Shown here: positions 12,719 through 25,900 of the stretch, piece by piece
Layout of the letters: each line of letters starts with the position of its first letter
Position numbering within the stretch: the stretch's first letter is position 1
Source: Macrostomum lignano
Lineage: Eukaryota
Direction: 5' to 3'
DNA length: 64,000 nt
Assembly (NCBI GenBank): GCA_002269645.1
Contig: NIVC01001315.1
Location: 198,703 to 262,702 of the forward strand
The notes under the pieces: model-generated
Database searches by the model: none
What the model was told of the DNA's origin: nothing
Seen by the model: only the letters and a program-made list of their open reading frames with translations
Position numbers and translations under genes: made by a program

Positions 12719-13375
12719 ATGCCGCCATCTCCCGCTAAGCCAAAGCGCAAGCGGCGCCGCTCAGCTGCCTCCACAACCGAGGAGGCTGACTGGCCCAGCA
12801 GCCTGGCAACTGAGATGGAGAAGCCGCCGGCAGCTGCGCCAGCTGACGTAGAAGAAAAAGACGAAGGCGGCGAATGCTTTGAGCGGGTTCGCCGGGAGCT
12901 GACGATCCCGCTGCATCCCTGGCAGCTGGGCGGCGACGCCGGCGCCCTGGTGGCCGAGCAGCTCCGCTGCCGCCTGCACCGCCACGTGCCCAGCCTGGGC
13001 GGCATCCTGCACAGCGTAGACTCGCTGCGCCTCCTGGCCAGCGCTGATGCCGGCCGGCGCCGTCTGGCCGCCCCGCTGGTGGCCTGCGGCCCCAGCCTGG
13101 TGCAGTGCCCGGTGCGCCTCCGCCTGCACTGCCGCCTGTTCCGGCCGCGGCCCGGCCTCAGCCTGGCCTGCACAGTCACCGCCGTGCTGCCCGAGCTGCT
13201 GTCCTGCGTCTGCCACGGCGTCTACCAGGTCACCGTGGCCGTGCCGCCCGCCACCCCGACGCTGGCGCCAGGCGATCGAGTGTTGGCCAGGGTGGTCCGG
13301 GTTCGAACCCACAGCCGGCTGCAGGTCAGCGTGGAGGCGGAGTTCGTGGCCATCCTGCCGGACCGGGTGGACTGA
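12719..13375 (+). CDS. POLR1F: RNA polymerase I subunit RPA43 (218 aa, single exon)
   Basis: LTIPLHP...EQLRCRLHRHVPSLGGIL and LFRPRPGLSLACTVTAV...LSCVCHGVYQVTV resemble the RPA43/Rpb7-like N-domain and OB fold (IFCPEPGQKLMGIVNKV...IGCLVHGCFNASI). GC-rich codon bias; AATAAA about 50 bp after the stop. Confidence 0.75.
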   Translation: MPPSPAKPKRKRRRSAASTTEEADWPSSLATEMEKPPAAAPADVEEKDEGGECFERVRRELTIPLHPWQLGGDAGALVAEQLRCRLHRHVPSLGGILHSVDSLRLLASADAGRRRLAAPLVACGPSLVQCPVRLRLHCRLFRPRPGLSLACTVTAVLPELLSCVCHGVYQVTVAVPPATPTLAPGDRVLARVVRVRTHSRLQVSVEAEFVAILPDRVD

Positions 13376-14084
13376 CAGCCTGGAAAATCGCATTTTTGCA
13401 TGCTTTGAACTGAACGTAAATGATAAATAAATAAAAGTACGCGCTGTTCTTTCAATCAAATATCGATGTATGTCTTTTTTAATTATCTACTGTCACTCCT
13501 ACAGCTAGCTATGCTGCTACAGCGGGATCAACATTAACCCTTTAGCTTATCTTCATCGCTTTTACCCAGGATTCTGCTTTCTTCACGTTGGTGACTACTA
13601 CCCGATCGTGCAGAAAAATCAGATTGTTTTTTTGAGATAATTTTGCGAATCATTCAACTTCTGGTTCTTTCCCATTCGCTTCAATAATGTCCCGAATTCC
13701 CCCTGCGACTCCCACAATTCCCTCTGAAGCCGTTAAAACCGTTACCGGGACAAGAATCGCTAAATAGTCATTGCAAATCACTCACTGCTGGCCCTAGCGA
13801 CTTTAGGGTGACTCTTGTGACTTTTTAACAACTCAAAGAGGGCTGTAATGCAATGGATTTGTAGAAGCTTATAAATAGTCCAAGAGTCCGTGTTGAGTGC
13901 CTAACTTTGTACTCACTCAAGTAGACTAAATAGAGCGGCTATAAATGCGAAATGCGCTTTAGACGCGACTCAGTAATTCTACAGCGACTCTGGCACGTCT
14001 CAGATTCGACTCAGAGTCGATTCGGCCCCTGCGGCGCCTCCCAGCTCAGAGTCGCAGACAATAAAACGACTCAAAATGACTCGA

Positions 14085-14535
14085 TTCCCCCAAACCCCTC
14101 TGAAGAATCTCCTGCATTCCCCTTGTGATTCCCCCAATTGCTCTTGAAGAATCTCCTGCATTCCCCTTGTGATTCCCCCAATTCCTCTTGAAGAATCTCC
14201 TGCATTCCCCTTGTGATTCCCCCAATTCCTCTTGAAGAATCTCCTGCATTCCCCTTGTGATTCCCCCAATTCCTCCTGAAGAATCTCCTGCATTCCCCTT
14301 GTGATTCCCCCAATTCCTCTTGAAGAATCTCCTGCATTCCCCTTGTGATTCCCCCAAACCCTTCTGAAGAATCTCCTGCATTCCCCTTGTGATTCCCCCA
14401 ATTGCTCTTGAAGAATCTCCTGCATTCCCCTTGTGATTCCCCCAATTCCTCTTGAAGAATCTCCTGCATTCCCCTTGTGATTCCCCCAAATCCTCTTGAA
14501 GAATCTCCTGCATTCCCCTTGTGATTCCCTCAATT
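14085..14535. repeat. 44-bp minisatellite, about 10 copies, upstream of NEMP1
   Basis: Unit gaagaatctcctgcattccccttgtgattcccccaattcctctt. Confidence 0.95.
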
Positions 14536-14667
14536 CCTGCTGAAAATGGTGCTAACACGGGAGTTTTATCAGTCTGCTTTAGCCGGCAGCCCTGCAGATA
14601 TTCCCTTTCTGTTATCCATTGTTCCTGCAATCCTCTGGCATTCCCTAGCAACAAAAGTTCATCCAGC

Positions 14668-17478
14668 ATGAATTGGCGGTGCCCGAATCCGCTGCTGCTG
14701 CTGCTGTCGCTGCTGCTTTTTCATCGCCTCGACGGCACTCTGGCGGCTCAGCGCGATAGGCCGCTGATCTTCCAGCTTGGCAGCCAGCCAATCACCATCA
14801 GGCGCGATTCGGTCTCGCTGGCTGGCGATTGGACACAGCGGCTCTGCGTGTTCTGCTCGCCCGGCCTGCCCGCCCACCCGCGCTTCGCCTTCCACGGCGC
14901 CTCGATGCGCATCTCGCTGGCGTCGTCCAATTCGGCGGCGCCGCGCCTCTTCCTCGGGACGAACGAGAGCGATGTTACTGACCGGGTGCGGCAGGCCTCG
15001 GAGGCCTCGCTGTTCCACCGGCTGCTCCTGCCGGCCGCCTTCCGTGACGGATTTTTCTGGGAGCCGCTGATGGCCGCTCGGCGGGCTTTTCTCGGCCCGC
15101 TGGCGCTGCCGCTGCCGCTGCTGGAGCCGTCCTGCGCCGGCGTGCTGATCGAAGGCAAGGAGGAGCCGCCGAGGGCCATCGGTGCGTCCGCAGCAGGGCC
15201 TGCCGCCCATGGTGCTGGGGATCTTGGCTGCAGGGATGAACCTGGGAAATTGGTCCCCAATCTAGGTATATTGATCCCCAATCTAGGGATACTGATCCCC
15301 AATCTAGGAATATTGATCCCTAATCTAGGAATATTGATCCCCAATCTAGGGATATTGATTCCAATCTAGGGATATTGATCCCCAATCTAGAGATATTGAT
15401 CCCCAATCTAGGAATATTGATACCCAATCAAGGGATTTTGATCCCCAATCTAGGGATACTGGTCCCCAATCTAGGGATATTGATCCCCAATCTAGGGATA
15501 TTGATCCCCAATCCTTGGATATTGATCCCCAATCTAGGGATATTGATCCCCAATCTAGAGATACTGATCCCTAATCTAGGGATATTGATCCCCAATCTAG
15601 GGATTTCGATCTATACGACTATAAACAATAGATATGAATCACTAATCTTAGGATTATCGATACCAAATATATGGATTTTTCGCCTGAACTACCCGTAGAG
15701 ATGTTACTCGTATTCCCTATTCGGGAATACTAATCCCAGTCAGGGGATATTCCTCAATCTCCCCAACCCGGCACCGCAGCAGAAGGCGACGCCGCCGTCT
15801 ACACTGTGCGCGCCGTCGCCGGCCTCAGCCTCGCCCGCCTTGCCGCATTCGTCATCGGCTGCGGCCTGCTGGCCTGGGCGCCCGAACTCAGCCGCCGGGC
15901 CACCTTCCACTACGCTGGCGGCGCCATGGCCGGCGTCCTGCTGTCTGCGGCGCTCCTGGTGCTGCTGCTCAACCGCCTGCTGCCGCTGCGCCGCCTCTTT
16001 TGGCCGCTCTTCCTGGCCAGCGCTGCCGGCGCCGGCGCCATCTGGACTTTCGCCGCCGCGCACGCCGCCGAACTCGCTGAGCGGCACTGGACGACTCTGT
16101 CTGCCTACCTGGCCTGCTCTGCCGGCCTCTCCGTGGTCATCTGCTACTGGCTGGGGCCCGTCACCAGCCAGCGGACTTTCCGCCTGCTGGAGATCGCGCT
16201 GAGGGCCCTGGCGCTCCTCTGCATGCTGGCCTCCTGTCAGGTATGACCTCTGTCCGATTCCCACTACTGATCCCCTTCCACCTGCCTGATCCCATTCCAC
16301 CTGTCTGATCCCCTTCCACCTGCCTGATCCCCTTCCACCTGCCTGATCCCCTTCCACCTGCCTGATCCCCTTCCACCTGCCTGATCCCTTCCACCTGCCT
16401 GATCCCCTTCCACCTGCCTGATCCCCTTCCACCTGCTCGATTTCCGTTCTGACGCTTATCAGCTCCCCTACGCCCTCAGTTCTGGCAGGTATCAGGGGTG
16501 GCAGCGGTGGCAATCCTGCTGCGCGGCTTCTTGACATCCGCCGTGTCGGCCGTCGCGAAGGTCTCGATGTTACGCCTGCGCTGGGCGCTGTGGCAGCGCC
16601 TGGAGTCGGCCTTCTGGCGCTGCTGCCCCCGCTGGTTGCGACCGCTGCACCGGCGGCGCTGGCTGACCGAGGAAGACTTCAGCAGGCAGGGCCGCGAGTG
16701 CACTGAGGTGGCGCTGGAGCATCTGCGGCGGCACTGCGCCAGCCCCGACTGCGACGCCTGGCGGGTCAGCGCGCGCCTGCGGGACCCGGCCGGGTTCGCC
16801 CAGTTTGTGCAGGTGAGTGCTGTCACTGCTGTGCCAATGAGGCCTGTGCACCTCCTCACACATGGATACGGCAGGCAAGCAGTCACTTGAGTATAAATAT
16901 GAAATCAATACTCGCAGAAAAGCTGTGGGCACCGCGGAGCTACGGTGAGACCGATCTGCGCATTCCGCTGACTCCTGAGCACATACAGGCACATTCCGCT
17001 GACTCCTGAGCACATACAGGCACATTCCGCTGACTCCTGAGCACATACAGGCACGCCAATACTGTACAGAGGCACGCACTCATACACACGACAGCCCCAC
17101 ATAAATATAGCTGCGCACGGAATTGAACCAGGGGCCGTTGCGCAAGAGTCTGACGCAGTTACCGCTGCGGATGCTCTGCCAAGTATTGCGGAGCTCACAG
17201 CTCAAACACCCGGCGCACTTCAGGGCGGCAGCCACCTGCAGTCGCTGCTGGACTCCACGGACCTGTCTTCGGACAGCGACAGTTCGACCGTGGCCCCCGC
17301 CGCCACCACCTCTTCGCCGGCTCCCAACGGATGGAAGGCCACGCCCGGTTCGACGCGCGCCCCCGCAGTGAACGGCAACGGATGTGCGCGAGGCGCCCGC
17401 ATGGCGCCGTCCGCGACTCAGATTCGGCAGAGGCGGCCAGTTCTGGACGAGTCGGACGACGGCTCCCTCACTGACTGA
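14668..17478 (+). CDS. NEMP1: Nuclear envelope integral membrane protein NEMP1/TMEM194 (about 517 aa)
   Basis: Exons 14668-15181, 15780-16240, 16489-16812 and 17224-17478, GT-AG and frame-continuous. Signal peptide; TM region with FHYAGG..AGVLLS and GPVTSQRT; hallmark RRWLTEEDFSRQG...ALEHLRRHCASPDCDAWRVSARLRDPAGFAQFVQGGSHL. In-frame alternative acceptors at 15783/15786 and 16480. Confidence 0.9.
15250..15605. repeat. 21-bp minisatellite, NEMP1 intron 1
   Basis: Unit gatccccaatctagggatatt, about 17 copies. Confidence 0.95.
16265..16437. repeat. 19-bp minisatellite, NEMP1 intron 2
   Basis: Unit gatccccttccacctgcct, about 9 copies. Confidence 0.95.
16960..17052. repeat. 31-bp repeat x3, NEMP1 intron 3
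   Basis: Unit gcacattccgctgactcctgagcacatacag. Confidence 0.9.
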
Positions 17479-18300
17479 GCTGGGGTGTCCGGTGGCTCCC
17501 TCACTGACTGAGCTGGGGTGTCCAGTCCAGTGGCTCCCTCACTGACTGAGCTGGGGTGTCCGGTGGCTCCCTCACTGACTGAGCTGGGGTGTCCGGTGGC
17601 TCCCTCACTGACTGAGCTGGGGTGTCCGGTGGCTCCCTCACTGACTGAGCTGGGGTGTCCGGTGGCTCCCTCACTGACTGAGCTGGGGTGTCCAGTGGCT
17701 CCCTCACTGACTGAGCTGGGGTGTCCGGTGGCTCCCTCACTGACTGAGCTGGGGTGTCCGGTGGCTCCCTCACTGACTGAGCTGGGGTGTCCAGTGGCTC
17801 CCTCACTGACTGAGCTGGGGTGTCCGGTGGCTCCCTCACTGACTGAGCTGGGGTGTCCGGTGGCTCCCTCACTGACTGAGCTGGGGTGTCCGGTGGCTCC
17901 CTCACTGACTGAGCTGGGGTGTCCAGTCCAGTGGCTCCCTCACTGACTGAGCTGGGGTGTCCGGTGGCTCCCTCACTGACTGAGCTGGGGTGTCCGGTGG
18001 CTCCCTCACTGACTGAGCTGGGGTGTCCAGTCCAGTGGCTCCCTCACTGACTGAGCTGGGGTGTCCAGTGGCTCCCTCACTGACTGAGCTGGGGTGTCCG
18101 GTGGCTCCCTCACTGACTGAGCTGGGGTGTCCAGTGGCTCCCTCACTGACTGAGCTGGGGTGTCCGGTGGCTCCCTCACTGACTGAGCTGGGGTGTCCGG
18201 TGGCTCCCTCACTGACTGAGCTAGGGTGTCCAGTCCAGTGGCTCCCTCACTGACTGAGCTGGGATGTCCGGTGGCTCCCTCACTGACAGAGCTGGGATGT
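17461..18300. repeat. 33-bp minisatellite beginning inside the last NEMP1 codons
   Basis: Unit ggctccctcactgactgagctggggtgtccggt, about 25 copies, with occasional +5 bp ccagt variants. Confidence 0.95.
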
Positions 18301-18799
18301 CCTATTTCTATTTCGCAAATTTGCACATTTTCTCTTCCGCCCAGAATCCAGCAGTTTAGTGTTGTGGATTTGGCACTTGAGCGAAGTTGCTTGTATTCTA
18401 ATCTCTTGTTTATTTTGGCAATTATCAATTTTCTATTACCGTAACTTTTGCATTCAGTCAGTATAGATGAGTGCTAATGTTCTGACTAATTTTGCATTTC
18501 TCTCATGTACAAATGATTTGATATTGGCCAGGGTCCCAGTGAGCCAGCTGTTTGGTTGTGACCTACATGTACTTGCATGGCTTTATTGAACGAACACAGT
18601 TGAAAGCACGGACTTCATCTTGCTTGATGTTTGATCGTTAAGGAGAAAATACAGCGGGCACAGTGCAATAGCCGTTCTATTTTTCTATTAATGTGCGTGG
18701 CTTATCAAATTTGCTGGTCTGCTACTCAAAACTGATGAAATTAATCACGAAAAAACGTTTCCCAACAAGATTGTCGTTGATTGTTGATTGTCGGGTCAT

Positions 18800-19055
18800 C
18801 ATCTTGTGGCGACATCCAGGGGTGACATCCTGGGGCCGCCATTTTGGGGTGACATCCTGGGGTAACATCCTGGGGTAGTACATCTTGGGGTGACATCCCG
18901 GGGTAACATCCTGGGGTAGTGATATCCCGGGGTAACATCCTGGGGTGACATCCTGGGGTGACGGCATCCTGGATTGGCATTCTATCGGGACATCTTTCGG
19001 GTGAAATCTTGGCGTGACATCCTGGGGTAGTACATCTTGGGGTGACATCTTAGAG
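18800..19055. repeat. Degenerate 13-14-bp repeat
   Basis: Recurrent ggggtgacatcct / ggggtaacatcct. Confidence 0.8.
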
Positions 19056-19931
19056 TGACATCGTAAGACACACTATCGTAGGGTCGCTAGCAGCTTATTG
19101 GGGAACTGCTAAGATTGCGACCAAAGGAGCTGAACCTGCTGTGCAGGGATTGCCAGGGGCTGGCGCGACAGTTTTTGCCCCCCTGGCTACACCTAGCGTG
19201 GTAACTGCGGAGGTTCCAGAGTAAAAAATGTGATGCTGGGGATGCATGTAAAACTGTAAAAGCCACTAGAATAAACACGCACGCTGACTAGCCTCACAAC
19301 ACTTAAAGCTTTGCTCAAGAAGAGCGATGCGCTTTGTAAAAGCAGTGGCAGCAACGCAGAACTGTTTTTGCATTTTATCAGTTATGCTGAAAACTGGAGT
19401 CAGCCGGTGCGATATGCCACAGAATGGGAGAGAAAGGGCGATAAAACAGCTGTAAAATAAAATAATATATTAAAAACTTTCTATCGAGTCTACTGCTCTG
19501 AGTTAGGCAGTAGTATGGTCAGCATTCGCATTGCCAGAATTAAAAAATAATGCAATAACAAATCTAAAAAGACAAAAAATCTCTAAACTTGTGTACGCGG
19601 TTAAAAATGTGTGCGGGAGTGGCGATACAGTAAATAATAAAGCACAAAAATCAAAGCAGGGTGAAACTCCAATAACAGTTTGAATATGGGAAAATGGTTT
19701 GTATCGACAGGATGGGCGAAGCCAAAACAGAATTGGATTCGCTGCCCACTTGATCAGATAAAGATTTATGAACGAGGTTACAGCAAATTGTTTAAGCAAT
19801 AGGACTAGATAATTGTGTATAGTAGCCATCAGCTCAATATCACAGCTCAATCAACCGCTATCCCAGCTGTATCAACCGCTATCCAAACTCAATCAACCGC
19901 TATCCCAGCTCGATTGAGATCAGATGTGCCG

Positions 19932-22900
19932 TCACACCGCAGTCTCCCTGAACACGCAGATTGTGGTGCCGTCCCGGCGCACGTGGGCGTACACCGCCCC
20001 GTTGCGGTCCGTCAGCTTCACCTGTACGCCCGGCTGGTCGAGCAGCCGGCTGAGCAGCGGCGGGGACGGCATGTCGGCGGGGTCCAGGATGCAGCCGGCG
20101 GCATCGGCTGTTGGGGGGGGGGGAAGGAAGGCAAGCGGTTTGTCTGAGAAATTGGCATCTAGTAGAACACTGCATGCCACTAAGAATCTCACTTAAGGCT
20201 AGCAGTCATCCGCATGGGAATTAAGATAACAATTAAGAATACTATTTGAGCAAGAGAGACATGAGGAGTGGGAGAAGAGACAGGCGACGGAGGGGGAGAG
20301 ACAGGCGGGGGGAGACAGGCGGGGGAGACAGGCAGGGGAGACAGGCGGAGGAGACAGGCAGTGAGGAGAGGAGACAGGCGGGGGAGGGGGAGAGACAGGC
20401 ACTGAGGGGAGGAGACAGGCGGTGAGGGAATGAGACAGGCGGTGAGGGAATTAGACAGGCGGGGGAGACAGGCGGAGGAGACATGCAGTGAGGGGAGGAG
20501 ACAGGCGGGGGAGACAGGCGGAGGAGACAGGCGGGGGAGACAGGCGGAGGAGACAGGCGGGGGAGACAGGCGGAGGAGACAGGCGGGGGAGACAGGCGGA
20601 GGAGACAGGCACTGAGGAGAGGAGACAGGCGGGGGAGGGGGAGAGACAGGCAGTGAGGGGAAGAGACAGGCAGGGGAGGGGAGGAGACAGGCGGTGAGGG
20701 GAGGAGACAGGCGGTGAGGGGAGGAGACAGGCGGTGAGGGGAGGAGACAGGCGGTGAGGGGAGGAGACAGGCAGTGAGGGGAGAAGACAGGCGGAGGAGA
20801 CAGGCGGGGGAGGGGAAGAGACAGGCACTGAGGGGAGGAGACAGGCGGTGAGGGAATGAGACAGGCGGTGAGGGAATGAGACAGGCGGTGAGGGAAGGAG
20901 ACAGGCGGTGAGGGAAGGAGACAGGCACTGAGGGGAGGAGACAGGCGGTGAGGGAATGAGACAGGCGGTGAGGGAATGAGACAGGCGGTGAGGGAAGGAG
21001 ACAGGCGGTGAGGGAAGGAGACAGGCGGTGAGGGAAGGAGACAGGCGGTGAGGGGAGGAGACAGGCGGTGAGGGAAGGAGACAGGCGGTGAGGGAATTAG
21101 ACAGGCGGGGGAGGGGAAGAGACAGGCACTGAGGGGAGGAGACAGGCGGTGAGGGAATGAGACAGGCGGTGAGGGGAGGAGACAGGCGGTGAGGGAAGGA
21201 GACAGGCGGTGAGGGGAGGAGACAGGCACTGAGGGGAGACAGGCGGTGAGGGAAGGAGACAGGCGGTGAGGGAATTAGACAGGCGGGGAGGGGGAGAGAC
21301 AGGCACTGAGGGGAGGAGACAGGCGGTGAGGGAAGGAGACAGGCGGTGAGGGGAGGAGACAGGCGGTGAGGGAAGGAGACAGGCGGTGAGGGGAGGAGAC
21401 AGGCACTGAGGGGAGACAGGCGGTGAGGGAAGGAGACAGGCGGTGAGGGAATTAGACAGGCGGGGGAGGGGGAGAGACAGGCACTGAGGGGAGGAGACAG
21501 GCGGTGAGGGAAGGAGACAGGCGGTGAGGGAAGGAGACAGGCGGTGAGGGAATGAGACAGGCGGTGAGGGAAGGAGACAGGCGGTGAGGGAATGAGACAG
21601 GCGGTGAGGGAAGGAGACAGGCGGTGAGGGAAGGAGACAGGCGGTGAGGGGAGGAGACAGGCGGTGAGGGGAGACAGGAGGTGAAAGAGACAGACAGAGT
21701 TGAATAAAGTCAGCATAAAATTCAAGACAGTCAAAATCCAATAAAAGTACAGCATGATGCTGTTTGCGACTTAATGGTGTGCGAACTCAAGGCGAGCCTC
21801 AAGTTGCCGGCACTCCAGCAGGCCGGCTCAGACAATTAGTTGCCAATCAATAATAGAAGACCCTTGAGATGCTACTGCAAGTAAACTAAATGCTAAAAAC
21901 TCTAAGAAAACAATTGAGGAAAACAGAAGAGGAGAGAAGCAAAGTACAGATTAGGGCGGGAGTAAATTGGGAGGCAGAAAAAGCAAAAACCTACTCGGTC
22001 ACAGCTCACTGTGGCTTTCTTCTGAAAGAGAATGTCATCAATCAATGTTTAGTCATCTGTTTAGGCAATGCGGACTAAGGCTTTGGGTAGCAACTGGCAA
22101 CACACTCAATGCTGAGAAAAGTACATATGCACGATAAATGCACCAAAACACCCAGTCTAGTGCGTGCCACTGGTTCATTAATTACTCCTCCTGACCTCCA
22201 GACTCGGGCTATACTGGTTCGATTCTAGAAATTCTTTAAAGTACTCAGTCTTCAAGTAATACATGTACCAGCTACAGGTGTACCATGCAGCTACAGGTGT
22301 ACCAGCTACAGGTGTACCAGCTACAGGTGCACCAGCTACAGGTGCACCAGCTAGAGGTGCACCAGCTACAGGTGTACCAGCTACAGGTGCACCAGCTACA
22401 GGTGTACCAGCTACAGGTGCACCAGCTACAGGTGCACCAGCTAGAGGTGCACCAGCTACAGGTGTACCAGCTACAGGTGCACCAGCTACAGGTGTACCAG
22501 CTACAGGTGCACCAGCTACAGGTGCACCAGCTACAAGTGCACCAGCTATAAGTGCACCAGCTACAGGTGCACCAGCTACAGGGTGCACCAGCTACCGACA
22601 ACACAGCTACAGGTGCACCAGCTACAGGTGCACCAGCTACAAGTGCACCAGCTACAGGTGCACCAGCTAGAGGTGCACCAGCTACAGGTGTACCAGCTAC
22701 AGGTGCACCAGCTACAAGTGCACCAGCTACAGGGTGCACCAGCTACAGGGTGCACCAGCTACCGACAACACAGCTACAGGTGTACACAAACAGCCTGGTG
22801 GACCATCGGAACTCCAACTTTGCTGGTCCTTACCTTCGGCATCTGCCGCGGTGCACAGCAGGGTGGAGAGGAACACGGGCTTGTGGTCGCCCAGGCAGTC

Positions 22901-25900
22901 GTCCAGGCCGAGGACGGCGTACTGAGTCGGCTGGTCAGGCGGGCACAGCAGGGCGCGCCGGGCGGAGTGGCTGCAGAGCACGCGGTCGCACCAGCCGGGC
23001 AGGCGGGTGGCCATGTAGTCGGTGGCCGCGCCCGGCGCCTGGCAGTCCTCGCTGAACGGGTAGGTCGGCGGGAAGGTCACGGGGAACTCAAACAGGTGCT
23101 GGTCGAACGATTTCAGCTCGAAGTCGAGTTCGTTAAGCTGCGATGGGGGCGGCAGTGAGGTATGCGGGGAGCTGCGGCCATGCAGTGATGCAAGTGCTTC
23201 AGCCACACACCATTCGCACATCAGTCACACATCATTATCACATAATTCATATTATCATCATTCATCATCTCATCATCTGATTCATCATTATCACATCAGT
23301 CACATAATTATCACATCAGTCGCACATCATTATCACATCAGTTGCACATCATTAACACATAATTCATACATCAGTCCCACACCATTCGCACATCATGCAC
23401 GCAGCACAGTCTCACCCAGCAGTTCTTGTTCTCATAGAACTCATTAGCGCCGTTGTCCGAGCGCCGCTCGAACAGCTTCTTGCCCACCGACAGCAGGCAG
23501 CCGCCGTTCTCGCCGTTACCGGCGGCCAGGAAGTCGACGCGGCTCGGCCGGCCGCTCTTGTCCGACTGCTCCCGCCGCTCGGCGCCGTCCGCGACCGCCT
23601 GTGCAAGAAAAGACGGAAGCATGAGCCGAGGGGAATTCCACAGGGGAATAGGGGACCTGAGACTGGGGGAATTCCACAGGGGAATAGGGGACCTGAGCCT
23701 GGGGTAATTCCACAGGGGAATTGGGGACCTGAGCCTGGGGGAATTCCACAGGGGAATAGGGGACCTGAGACTGGGGGAATTCCACAGGGGAATAGGGGAC
23801 CTGAGCCTGGGGTAATTCCACAGGGGAATTGGGGACCTGAGCCTGGGGGGATTCCACAGACGAAATGGGGACCTGAGCCTGGGGGAATTCCACAGGGGAA
23901 TTGGGGACCTGAGCCTGGGGGAATTCCACAGACGAAATGGGGACCTGAGCCTGGGGGAATTCCACAGACGAAATGGGGACCTGAGCCTGGGGGAATTCCA
24001 CAGGGGAATAGGGGACCTGAGCCTGGGGGAATTCCACAGGGGAATAGGGGACCTGAGCCTGGGGGAATTCCACAGGGGAATAGGGGACCTGAGCCTGGGG
24101 GAATTCCACAGGGGAATTGGGGACCTGAGCCTGGGGGAATTCCACAGGGGAATTGGGGACCTGAGCCTGGGGGAATTCCACAGGGGAATAGGGGAGCTGA
24201 GCCTGGGGGAATTCCACAGGGGAATAGGGGACCTGAGCCTGGGGGAATTCCACAGGGAAATTGGGGAGCTGAGCCCGAGGGAATTCCACAGGGAAATTGG
24301 GGAGCTGAGCCTGGGGGAATTCCATAGGGGAATTGGGGAGCTGAGCCTGGGGGAATTCCACAGGGGAATAGGGGACCTGAGCCTGGGGGAATTCCACAGG
24401 GGAATAGGGGAGCTGAGCCTGGGGGAATTCCACAGGGGAATAGGGGAGCTGAGCCCGAGCTGTCCGCAGTATTTCACAGGCAAACATTGGCAAAACTCGG
24501 AGGCCCAACCCTGAGATAGCCGACCATGTCCAGGCGGAAGTTAAAGTCGCCGAACAGAAAGGTCGGGAGTTCGATGCTCGCCGACCCGTTGAGCAGCTGG
24601 TCGAGCGTCCAGTTGAAAGCGCCGCGTCTGAAGTCCGCGTAGATGGACGGCGTCTGCGGGACGGAACGGCTGCTATGATTGGATATCTGCCGCCTGTGAC
24701 TACTGGATATCTGCCGTCTGTTACTACTGGATATCTGCCGCCTGTGACTACTGGACATTTGCCGTCTGTGACTACTGGATATCTGCCGTCTGTGACTACT
24801 GGATATCTGCCGTCTGTGACTACTGGATATCTGCCGTCTGTGACTACTGGATATCTGCCGTCTGTGACTACTGGATATCTGCCGTCTGTGACTACGGGAT
24901 ATTTGCCGCCTGTGACTACGGGATATTTGCCGTCTGTGACTACGGGATATCTGCCGTCTGTGACTACTGGATATCTGCCGCCTGTGGCTACTTGATAACT
25001 GACATTTATTACTACTGGATATCTGCCGCCTGTGACTACTGGACATTTGCCGTCTGTGACTACTGGATATCTGCCGTCTGTGACTACTGGATATCTGCCG
25101 TCTGTTACTACTGGATATCTGCCGTCTGTGACTACTGGATATCTGCCGTCTTTGACTACGGGATATCTGCCGCCTGTGACTACTGGATATCTGCCGCCTG
25201 TGGCTACTGGATAACTGACATTTATTACTCTGGATAACTGACATTTATTACTCTGGATAACTGACATTTATTACTCTGGATAACTGACATTTATTACTCT
25301 GGATAACTGACATTTATTACTCTGGATAACTGACATATATTACTCTGGATAACTGACATTTATTACTCTGGATAACTGACATTTATTACTACTGGATAAC
25401 TGACATTTATTACTCTGGATAACTGACATTTATTACTCTGGATAACTGACATTTATTACTCTGGATAACTGACATTTATTACTCTGGATAACTGACATTT
25501 ATTACTCTGGATAACTGACATTTATTACTCTGGATAACTGACATTTATTACTCTGGATAACTGACATTTATTACTCTGGATAACTGACATTTATTACTCT
25601 GGATAACTGACATTTATTACTCTGGATAACTGACATTTATTACTCTGGATAACTGACATTTATTACTCTGGATAACTGACATTTATTACTCTGGATAACT
25701 GACATTTATTACTACTGGATAACTGACATTTATTACTCTGGATAACTGACATTTATTACTACTGGATAACTGACATTTATTACTCTGGATAACTGACATT
25801 TATTACTCTGGATAACTGACATTTATTACTCTGGATAACTGACATTTATTACTCTGGATAACTGACATTTATTACTCTGGATAACTGACATTTATTACTC

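Noticed and set aside
14000-14669. ORFs with GESQGECRRFF / GITRGMQEIL repeats
   Set aside because: Translation of the 44-bp array on the strand opposite NEMP1.
17461-18300. CRISPR-like appearance of 28-46-bp repeats here and elsewhere
   Set aside because: Head-to-tail repeats without unique spacers, no cas genes, and a eukaryotic context.
22178-23055. PATGA / QLQVH repeat ORFs resembling mucin or antifreeze proteins
   Set aside because: 15-bp intronic minisatellite of INPP5A, open in several frames on both strands.
23395-24327. 310-aa collagen-like [14 protein letters not shown]
   Set aside because: 33-bp array in INPP5A intron 8; not a strict Gly-X-Y pattern, no signal peptide, and antisense to a well-supported gene.
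23516-25267. 583-aa ORF, the longest in the track
   Set aside because: Concatenation of two arrays plus out-of-frame INPP5A exons.
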